Shown here in pieces: positions 23,401-33,163 of a stretch of 64,000 nt of DNA. The notes below the pieces were generated by a model, which was not told where the DNA came from, did not search any database, and worked only from the letters and a program-made list of their open reading frames with translations. Positions within the stretch are counted from its first letter, which is position 1. Each line of letters starts with the position of its first letter. The translations under genes and the position numbers were made by a program. The stretch comes from Oculina patagonica (taxonomy: Eukaryota): positions 12,152,001 through 12,216,000 of the forward strand of contig NC_135760.1 in NCBI RefSeq assembly GCF_052425735.1, written 5' to 3'.

Positions 23401-25951
23401 AATTGTGGATTTACGGCTTTCCTTTGAAAGATACAGAGATAATTCCAACTGGAGCCGCATTACCTAGAAATATACCCGGGGTATGGTGGCATTTACTTCT
23501 GGAGATAAAGCGTTCTAATTATTTTTATATGTGCCTTAACTTTGAACAGCCATTATTTTGTCAAAAATGTCTAATTAATTCTTGAAATAAATGTAATTGG
23601 ATTTACAGATGGATTAGGGTTCTAACATAACTGCAGGCTATGACCTAAATTCAAACCCCCGGTGGTCTGATCTTTCCCTAGGCTTGACATCTGGGGTGGT
23701 TGCTTATAGGAGGTTGAACTGTATTTATAAAAGAAAACTGCAGTCGCAGGATAACAATATAATCTGTTTTCAGAGGCAAGATAGTGGTAGATATGGTGAT
23801 GAAGAATTTGGAAATGAAAAAAGCAGCTTAATGGAGGATGACCAAAGGAGGTTTGTTTATGAGCCATTTGTACACACAACAGGGATACAAAACTGTGTAA
23901 ATTATCATCCCTATCAGTCTCTTCCAATAATTGAGCAGCTTTCACTTGAGTGTTGTAAAACCAAAATCAGTTGAAAGTAATCATTCGAACTGGCCAGTCA
24001 CAAACGACACTTACAATCCAATGAACCAATCAAAATTCACAGCAAATACATGTAGCTGGTGCGAAGTGCAGGAAACATGCGCAAGCAATTTAAGTCACAT
24101 TCGGTTTTGGTTTTACTCCAGATAGAATTAAACAGGCACAGATTTTTTAGACTAATCACTAAGCATAGTAATGCAAAACCAAAGCAAACATCACAGTGAA
24201 GTAAAATGTGCTCTCATAATAGTAACAATTATCACTTGTTTCTTATTTGTTTTAACAATGATGTGGACTGCAGACAAGAACAGGAGCAGCTTGATATGCA
24301 GATTGATATTGATGAATCACTGATAAGAGAAAGAGAGGAGCGCATTAGACAGATAGAGGTGAGTACACTCCTCACCAAGTTAACAATGCAAGACCTTTTT
24401 CACTACTGTGCATTGATATAATTTGTTGATTCAAATGTTATGGAAGGTTACTGACATTGAAATAATATTTGTTTAAGGGAGATATTCTTGATATCAATGA
24501 GATATTCAGAGACTTAGCAACTATGGTGTATGAACAAGGAGATATGGTTGGTTAGTAAGAACTTTATCATTGTTTTTATGTCTGTTGTGGAAAGTCATAA
24601 TCATTCCATAGCTGGGGTTTTGTTGGTTGGGGGATTTCTTACCTCTTTCTGACCATACATATATTAATATATGGCAAATCTTGGTCACTTGGCTGTTTTT
24701 TAATTTTGGTTTAATAGGTAGAGCTAGAGGCTTCTTGTAATTGAATATTTGTTTTTGTATGGTTTGATTGTAGATTCAATTGAGGCCAATGTTGAACGAG
24801 CACACACTAATGTGGAAGGAGCTAATGTACAACTTAGCAAAGCTAGTCTTTACCAGGTGAAAAAGTTTTTCTTGTTACTATACAAGGCAATGACTCCAAT
24901 AGATGCATGGGGCACAGTCAACTCTCTCTTAACGGACCGTCTTTGCGGCTGTTTGCCCCCTTTTTTTTTTTTTTTGGGCTTGGGGGGGGCTCCGGCCTCT
25001 AATTAAAATAATCAGACATGCTTGCAGAAATTTGCTTTAAAACTGCTGAGTGATAATCATTGAAACTCTATGCCTTTATATCTTTGAATTGCTGTAACTT
25101 GTTTCTTACAATAACATAGACCCAATGCAAAAATGGCCGCTGGAATTTTTTTTTAATCGCACAAAAGAAAAACTTGTCAAAAGAATTAAATTTTGAAGAT
25201 CAAGTCAAAATGAATCACTGTATGGAGTTTAAAAGCTTTATGCCTATCTAATCCTGTCTCTCTTGAATTTAAACAAGTCACAACTATGCAGCCTTTGAGC
25301 CAAAAACAAAAGCTACCAATAACCATGGGGGATCGATCCTTCCTGGCGGCAGCGCCACGGCTTTGGAACAGTCTTCCCATAAGCATTAGATCTGCATGTA
25401 CTAAAAGTGATTTTAAACAGAAACTTAAGACATTTTTATTTAGCAAGGCATTTTGTTAGTTTATATTAAGATTTTTTATATATTTTTTTCTTTTCTTATA
25501 GTTAATTGTAAATACCCGTAGTGTAGATTTCGTTTTTAATTTTCTAAAGATTGTAAATAGGTTCTTATTTTTGTATCTTTTGTAATGTTTGTAATGCGCA
25601 TTTGATTATTTTATAGAAAATGCGCAATATAAATATTAAATATTATTACCTATTATTATTAAAAACACCAACACGTCTCACAATAGCATTTTGTCTCATT
25701 TTGTGACCATCATTGTTTTGAGAAACTTGACAAAATATTTTTTGTCAGCACTGGAATCTGTTTAGTTTCTGGGATAGTAATCTTTGGCAATCTTTAGGAA
25801 TCACGATGTTTAAGCATAGATGGTTATACTGAAATTGCTTCTTTTTTTTATTTCACAGAAAAAAGCCCGAACCAAGATGTGCATTTTGCTGGTCATTCTT
25901 ATGGTCGTTGCTGGGATAATTACCTTAATTGTTGTTTTAACAAAGAACTGA
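20495..25951 (+). CDS. STX7/STX12: Syntaxin-7/12-like endosomal Qa-SNARE, ~295 aa, 11 coding exons
   Basis: Exons: 20495-20603, 21536-21607, 21987-22050, 22164-22260, 22554-22631, 22960-23016, 23774-23850, 24274-24358, 24478-24550, 24774-24856, 25859-25951 (888 nt). SNARE motif [44 protein letters not shown]; C-terminal TM MCILLVILMVVAGIITLIVVL. Confidence 0.93.
20879..20983. repeat. Near-perfect ~105-bp hairpin (fold-back MITE remnant)
   Basis: ttgccctttg.gtagcctcctacgcagacgttcttagggct.ggcacg / cgtgcc.agccctaagaacgtctgcgtaggaggctac.caaagggcaa. Confidence 0.85.
25285..25660 (+). mobile_element. 5'-truncated L2/CR1-clade LINE 3' end
   Basis: Encodes MGDRSFLAAAPRLWNSLPISIRSACTKSDFKQKLKTFLFSKAF*, a typical L2/CR1 ORF2 C-terminus. 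Followed by a tgcgcatt...aatgcgca stem-loop and a (tat)n tail. Confidence 0.85.
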
Positions 25952-26386
25952 TCGAACAAATTGAACTATTAATTTTGATTGAAACAAATTATTAGTCATA
26001 GCTGTCAATTTTGGGTTCCAGAATTTAAACTGGGAATCCTTTTGGAACCTATCTCCAAACAGATTTTGCCAAACAAGTGATATACCCGAAAATTTAGACC
26101 TTTTTAATTTACCTTATTACACGAAGTTTTTGCGTTTTTTTTTTGGAAAATTTGATATCACAAATAAAGAAAGTGGCTTATTTAATAAAGAAAATGTCAA
26201 GAAATTCTACAAATTTTACGAAAGTATCGCGAAAGATCACGCAAAATTTCGTGTAATAATGTACATGTAGTTTGAAAATATTTTTCCATTGGAATTTTTT
26301 TTTATCTTGTGACAGATCCAACGATAAACACATTCACAATCTGAAGTACTGAAAAGATACAAACAAAAGAACGCAAGTATTAGTAA

Positions 26387-26816
26387 TGGTCGGGACACAC
26401 TAGGCGACAAGTCGCTGGAACACGTCGCGGGGAAAAGTCGCTGCAACATGTTGCCTCGTGTGACATGGTGCATTTCTGCGACAATCTTTGTCACCGAGAC
26501 AGAATTTTGTCGCTGCGATCAGTCGCACGAATTCAAACCAGTTTGAATTCGTGCGACTGATCGCAGCGACAAAATGAGCGAAAGCAACGTTGTCGCAGCG
26601 TGTGCACACTTCTGCACAGAGTATAAATTAACCAATGAGAGAGCGTCATGTATTTTTTTCCATTTTAAATTCGAAAACTGTCACTTTTCCAATCTTAAAT
26701 TTGTGTGTGCAACGAACCAGCCCCGTGTCGCAGCGACTTGTTTTGAGATAGTACACACAGCGCGACTTGTCGCAGAGACCTGTCGCTGCAACTTGTCGCC
26801 TAGTATGTCCCGTCCT
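26387..26816. mobile_element. PIF/Harbinger-type MITE, TAA TSD
   Basis: TAA|tggtcgggacacactaggcgacaagt ... acttgtcgcctagtatgtcccgtcct|TAA, with internal tgtcgc/gcgaca repeats. Confidence 0.85.
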
Positions 26817-27138
26817 TAAAGGTTGAAAGAAATGCTTCTCTTTTCCATACAAAACCACATTCACTTACGTATGGCGTTAGAATGTGGTGAATTATAGCAA
26901 TCATGCAACATTCGCGGTGATTTAGAGGATTCTGGATCAATGTAGTCAGGATGTAGTTATATTTAGCATTATACAGTCAGCGTACTTGTTCCGTCAAGTG
27001 CTACAGAAAACGGGAAAGTTGGTGCAGTACTGCAGTCAATTATTTTAAAGTTTAAGATTACAAAAGGCAACTTATCAAGTTCAGTAGCCTGAATTTCGGC
27101 CGTCTTTTCTAGTCGCTAAGTCGTTGTGGGAAAGCAGC

Positions 27139-27479
27139 TACCTTATTGTTACTTATTTTCGCGGGACTTAATTTTCGCGATTTCAAAAAAAACGCGAAAT
27201 CAAATACCCGCGAAAATTTGTTTCAAAAGTTTTCTATTGTATTTGTTATGTTAATTTCGTATTTTTGGCCAAATCGCGAAAATAAAGTCCCGCGAAATAT
27301 GCCCGTTCTTTTTTCGCGAAATAAAGTTCCCGCAAAAATAAAGCCTGGTTCTCATATGATCGTCGCTGTCGCTTCAAAAAGTTTGCTTCCTCCAATCACC
27401 TCAGACTTCGCAAACGACAGAAGCGACAGAGACGATCGGGGCGATCATATGAGAACCAGCCTTAAGTAACAATAAGGTA
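27139..27479. mobile_element. MITE family A copy 2, right TIR interrupted by a nested MITE
   Basis: taccttattgttacttattttcgcg ... cgcaaaaaTAA[insert]TAAgtaacaataaggta. Confidence 0.85.
27342..27462. mobile_element. Nested Harbinger-type MITE (121 bp), TAA TSD
   Basis: agcctggttctcatatgatcg ... cgatcatatgagaaccagcct. Confidence 0.85.
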
Positions 27480-27934
27480 GAGAGAGGACGGCTGAAAATG
27501 AGGCTACAATTTAGTTACTGCCTTTTTTTCTATTAACTGTAGAAAATTATAGAAAAAGTTGTGTTTGATGCGGGTCGGTTTGTTTATTTTCACCAAAACG
27601 GCATGTGTGTTTTAAGCTCTCTCGGGCTGTGAAAGTTGTTGCCATCAAGTAATCAAAGCGCGTAGCAGATGTGTTTTTTGGTAATTTATAAAGTTTTTAA
27701 CGTATAATATATACCACAATGTTAGAAAATAAGTGTTATATTCGAAGAATGATGTAAAAGAATTTTAATAAAAGAAATACCAGGAAACCACTGTATAGAC
27801 ACAACAACAAAACGCGGAAAAGCTACTCGTGTAGAGAAAAGTTGAGTTGTACTGAAAATTCAAAATTGTTTACGCGAGAAAATCATCATGCTGGCCAAAT
27901 CCTTTCCTGGGAGGCTCTTAGGGGCCTGCGAACT

Positions 27935-28044
27935 GAACTCTTCAAGCGCTGAAGGTACGATCCCGCGAGTGCCGAAGCTTCGCTCGCCGACTCGCGCCTT
28001 CGAATTCGGCACTCGTGGGATCGTCTTCGTCGCTCAAAGAGTTC
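27935..28044. repeat. GC-rich imperfect hairpin (~110 bp)
   Basis: gaactctt..acgatcccgcgagtgccgaa / ttcggcactcgtgggatcgt..aagagttc. Confidence 0.75.
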
Positions 28045-28372
28045 AATTAGCATTCCCGACTCCCCGGAGGTGACTTGAAAAATATTTGTACGGGAAGGCT
28101 CCGCGCCAAAGTCTTAACCCTTACCATTCTCGTTCCCAGAGCCTCCGTTTCTTTTGGTCACGTGGTCGGCGAAACGAAGGGCTCTGGTAACACTGACTAC
28201 CGGATGTCGTAAAATCCACGACATCCGGTAGCGCATGCCCACTGCATAAATGTTCGTCTGCGTCTGCTCAGTAAAAGAAAGGGGAAGGCTGGGGCCATTC
28301 TCGACCCCAGAGCTATTGTCTTTTCCACGTGACTGACGGCGACAAAAGCTCTGGGAAACTCCACGCAAGCGT

Positions 28373-28967
28373 CAATCTCGTCCCCAGAGGCCGCGATCCT
28401 TCTGGTCTGCGCCAGGGATCGGGACCTCTGGGCTATCTAAAAAGCCGCTGAAACAATGAAAACACTTCTGATTGTCGATCTGTAACGCGCCAATTGAACG
28501 TCGTCGGGATGGTTGTCCTGGCCCCTGGGGAGTTGAAAGTTGTGCTTTATGCAAATCACAGATTGTGCACCCAATCGTAACATGTGCTGTTTTTGATGTA
28601 TTTCTGTTTGAGACGACATCAACAGTCTCAGAGCATTTTTTTCACTTAAATAAGCATGTTTAATGTATAACGATGTTTAACAGTAGAGAATGATCCCAAA
28701 ACAGCATTAATTATAATTACGTGACACGACCTGAATTTGCATAAAACCGCAGACATGTCTAGTCTCCTGTGAATGAATTAACGGTCGAATGACTTTTTAA
28801 TTATTCAGTGGAACGTGGAGCGTGCGCAAAAGAGTCTTGCAATCTCTGGCGCACGCGCACAATCACACCGGAACCAGGATTTCCTGGTTCCGGTTTGGAT
28901 TCGACCAGAGCCGTTGAGTTTCCCGGCCCGCTGGTCAAGGGAAACGCAGGCTCTGGGGACGAGATTG
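28373..28967 (+). mobile_element. Inner element copy A (595 bp), 9-bp TSD cgcaagcgt
   Basis: cgcaagcgt|caatctcgtccccagag ... ctctggggacgagattg|cgcaagcgt. Confidence 0.9.
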
Positions 28968-29064
28968 CGCAAGCGTAGCCAAAATCTGGCTACGATGACT
29001 CTATTGCGCACGCTCCACATTCCAGAGACAAAAAACGGCTCTTGCAACGATTACTAGCAGTAAC

Positions 29065-29666
29065 CAATCTCGTCCCCAGAGCCTGCGTTTCCCTTGACCA
29101 GTGGGCCGGAAAAACTCAACGGCTCTGGTCGAATCCAAACCGGAACCAGGAAATCCTGGTTCCGGTGTGATTGTGCGCGTGCGCCAGAGAGTGCAAGGCT
29201 CTTTTGCGCACGTTCCACTGAATAATTAAAAAGTCATTTAACCGTTAATTCATTCACAGGAGACTAGACATGTCTGCGGTTTTATGCAAATTCAGGTTGT
29301 GTCACGCAATTGTAATTAATGCTGTTTTGGGATCATTCTCTACTGTTAAACATCGTTATACATTATAAACATGCTTATTTAAGTGAAAAAGAATTGCTCT
29401 GAGACTGTTGATGTCGTCTCCAAACAGAAATACATCCAAAAACTGCACATGTTACGATTGCGTGCACAATCTGTGATTTGCATAAAGCACAGACTTTCAA
29501 TTCCCCAGGGGCCAGGACAACCATCCCGACGCACGTTCAAATTTTGGCGCGTTACAGATCGACCAATCAGAAGTGTTTTCATTGTTTCAGCAGCTTTTTA
29601 GAATAGCCCAGAGGTCACGATCCCTGGCGCAGACCAGAAGGATCGCGGCCTCTGGGGACGAGATTG
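29065..29666 (-). mobile_element. Inner element copy B (602 bp), inverted relative to A, 9-bp TSD agcagtaac
   Basis: agcagtaac|caatctcgtccccagag ... ctctggggacgagattg|agcagtaac. The interior is the reverse complement of copy A with scattered differences. Confidence 0.9.
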
Positions 29667-31414
29667 AGCAGTAACATTTTGTTGAAGAATTTCAGCAAAA
29701 ATTAATGTTACACCTTTAGCTCGTGTAAAGCCCCAGTAAAGTCAAAATCAGCAAGGTAGTTCTTCTAAATGTATATTTAATTTTAAAATGTTCAACAACT
29801 GAATAATTAAAAAAGTCATTCGACCGTTACATTCATTCACCAGAGACTAGACATGTCTGCGGTTTTATGCAAATTCAGGTCGTGTCACGTAGTTGTAAAT
29901 AGCTCTGTTCTTGGACGATTCTCTTTTGTTAAACGTCGTTATACATTAAACATGCTTGTTTGAGTGAAAAAGAATTGCTCAGAAATACATCCAAAAACAG
30001 CACATATTGCGATTGCGTGCACAATCTTTGATTTGCATAAAGCACAGACATTCAATTCCCTAGGGGCCAGGACAACCATCCCGACGCACGTTCAAATTTT
30101 GGCGCGTTACAGATCGACCAATCAGAGGTGTTTTCATTGTTTTAACGAACTTCAAATGAGAATAGGCTCTGTTCCAGGGTTGCCCAGAGCTCTTCTCGCC
30201 GTCCGTCATGCGCAAAAGAGAAGAGCTCTGGGGTCGAGAATGGGCTGGGGCTGACTAACACGAGAAGAAAACGAATTTTGAAAGAAAATACGAGATTTGA
30301 GTTTAGCGTTCGAAAGAGCTGTACATCAATCCTCGCTACAACTGTCGGAGGACATCAAGAAACAAGAAATGGAACAGGAAGCCGCCCTGCCTGCTGTAGT
30401 CGTTAAGTAGAACGACTGTCCTTGTGTTTTGCCCGCTGGTTTTGGCAATTCAAGTCGTTGATAACTTAACACAATTCGATTCGTTTGGAACTCATTGAAT
30501 TGCATGGCTGATAGATGTGTTCTTGTTGTGTCGTCTCTACACGCAATATTATCTGAAGGCAAAGTTAGAATCCAGAGGAATTGGAGTTATAGTCGCGCTG
30601 TTATAGTGTTTTTAACATGGAGTCGAGGATATCATCAGCCGATAACATTCCGACGGTTGATGATACTGTGAAATTTATTTATGGCCATGCGGAGGTATTG
30701 CAGAAAATTCAGAACTAAAAAGGCCGCTAATCGACGAGGTATCATTCTATTGAGCAGCGGTAAGAAATATCACATTGAATTTCAAAATCTTCATGTAATT
30801 CATGAACTTCATTTAGTGACCCTTTAGTGTGTATATCTTGTATAAGCTAAGTTGATAGTGCAAATGTTTGCAATATTTTTAATGCAATAAAAAGTACAAC
30901 CGAGTCACACCTTACAAGTGATGTATTTGTCATTCGTTCATAAACAAAGGTCTGCTTCGTGAATACGTTATTCCAACAAACTCCCAGTGTTATTCGGTCT
31001 TTTTCCTGTAACATTTTCAAACTTGCCCGCTTCATCTTGAATTGTTTCGATGACCGGAAGTATAACTAAAATTGCGTAGAAGCGTTTCGTTTTTTACCTA
31101 ATTACGCATGCAGTTTTTATCAGCCAATCCAAAAAATCATATTTTTTACCGTTACCAGGGCCACTACGTCATGTCATTTAAAAAAATACGCGTGGCCCTG
31201 GGGAAGAGGATGAACCCTTACCCCATCTCCGGGATCCTGTTACTAGTTAGCATCGCCACTCAGTAGATGACAGCAGTTTTTTAAGCCCACAGTTAACCGT
31301 AAAATGCACCCTTCTAAAGATTTACCGGTACGTAGAAAACTAACCTGTGTAGCTGGCAGAAAAACCGCCAGCTACACAGGCTAGTAGAAAACCAAAAATG
31401 CTGTTTGCATCAAG

Positions 31415-31848
31415 CCCGGGGGGGGGGGGGGGGGGGGTACTCAAAAAAGTCTTATACGGGGAGGCTCCGCCCCAAGTTCTAACCCCTTACCCTTTTATAT
31501 ACCATTTTTGACAGAAATTGTACCCCTTTCGTATGCCTTTTACTGAAAAAAGGTACCCCTTTCATATACCTAAATGACGTGACATAGCCTTAGAACAGGA
31601 CGTTTTCTTGTCATTTTTATGTAGCGCTTAATAAATTAAAATAATACAGCCATAAAGTGCGTCTGTTCGAAATATTTTAATTACTGGCCTTTTAAAAAAC
31701 CTAAATGACGGATTTTCATACCCTTTCATATACCTAAACTTGTGAAATCGCTACCCTTTTATATACCTGAAGCCTGAAAAAGGTACCCCTTTCGGGCGGA
31801 GCCTCCCCGTATAGGCCGATATATGGAGTACCCCCCCCCCGGGGGGGG
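31415..31848. mobile_element. Non-autonomous element with CCCGGG(G)n ends, 8-bp TSD gcatcaag
   Basis: gcatcaag|cccggggg..tactc..tatacggggaggctccgccc ... gggcggagcctccccgtata..gagtacccc..cggg..|gcatcaag. A fragment of the same family is at ~28088-28124. Confidence 0.8.
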
Positions 31849-33163
31849 GCATCAAGGCATAAATTCAGACGGAAAACCACGCACATCAATCAGGTAAACC
31901 TTCGATATATGAAAACTCGCATGACTTTTTCAGATCCTTTGATATACTAAGCTAACTGAAAAAGCAAAGTTACGGCATTTGAAGAGAAATTGCACAGAGT
32001 AAAGTCCATAACATTTGTGATAGTTTACAAAAGTCCAGCGCACAGTAGGCTGCATTGCAGATAAACTTAACCTTGAGTATTGATAACAGAAAGAATGGAA
32101 GATAATTAGCACTACTGAACCTGCACAGTGCAAATTTGAAAAACGTGAGTCTTTTGATTTGACTTTGACATGTTGATTGTGCTGCGACTAATCAGATGGT
32201 TGATAAAACCACATGGTTAACGACCATACCAGGCTTAGCAGATTACTCATTTTCCCTTGTGACACAACACTCCACGAATCTCCTTCGCTTTTCTAATTTA
32301 CATTATAACAGTATTATACTAACTTGATACCGGTCCATTGGTCAATAATATTTAGCTTTCTTCAAGTTTAGAATTACAGAAACAAGGTAACCCGAAATGA
32401 ATCACTTTCTTCTGAGATACCATTAAAGTTAATTAAAGCACCATACAAAGTTTTTGTGTAAATATCTTACATCTTTTTACATAGATGTACAGTGAGAATG
32501 GACTCTGTTACCACAACAGTAATTTACTGCGTGCACATACTCTAATGTAGAACATAACAGAACAGAAACACAAACACGTCCAGGCATCAGTGTTGGTAGG
32601 GTAGTCATGAAGAGGAACAGGTGACTCCTAGCTCAATGTTACCGGAAAATTCACAAAAATACTGCGTTGCTTCAGATGGAATTGCACACATACAACACTA
32701 TCGCAAAGAGTTTGTGTAAAAAGTGCTCTGTCACAAACTGATAACATTGTTAGTTCCTAAGAAACAGCACCAGAGGAAAAGGTGCAATGCAGATGAGAGC
32801 TGACCCGCACTGATGAGATATTAATTTGAGGTAATCAGTCCACTGCTGTTTGCTGTAGAGAAGTCACATGTCTTTTAACTGCAGGGCTGGGTCAGGTGAG
32901 GCTTTAAGCAAAGCCCTTTTTACTCTGAGTGCCAAAGGGTTTTTTTTCCTGATTTTTCTTGCATTATCACAAAAATAAAAATAAAACCTCTGGCACCCAG
33001 GGTAAGCCATATTATGAGAGCTTGATATTCTGCAGTGTCACTCTCCAACTGTAATCCCACTTCATGACTGTCTGCTCCTGCTGCATGGCAGTGTTTGCCA
33101 TACTCTGGGCAACATTCTTGGTCTTGAATCATAAAATAAGCTAAAAAATCTCCTAATAAATAA

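Larger units (their letters stand above)
28296..30242. mobile_element. Middle nested element of the same TIR class, 9-bp TSD ggctggggc
   Basis: ggctggggc|cattctcgaccccagagct ... agctctggggtcgagaatg|ggctggggc. Confidence 0.85.
28125..31212. mobile_element. Outer non-autonomous DNA transposon, 9-bp TSD aacccttac
   Basis: aacccttac|cattctcgttcccag ... ctggggaagaggatg|aacccttac. Confidence 0.75.

Noticed and set aside
28114-30562. Cluster of 60-96-aa ORFs in the nested repeat region
   Set aside because: They are frames of non-coding repeat copies with indels between copies. No transposase (DDE) motifs are visible.
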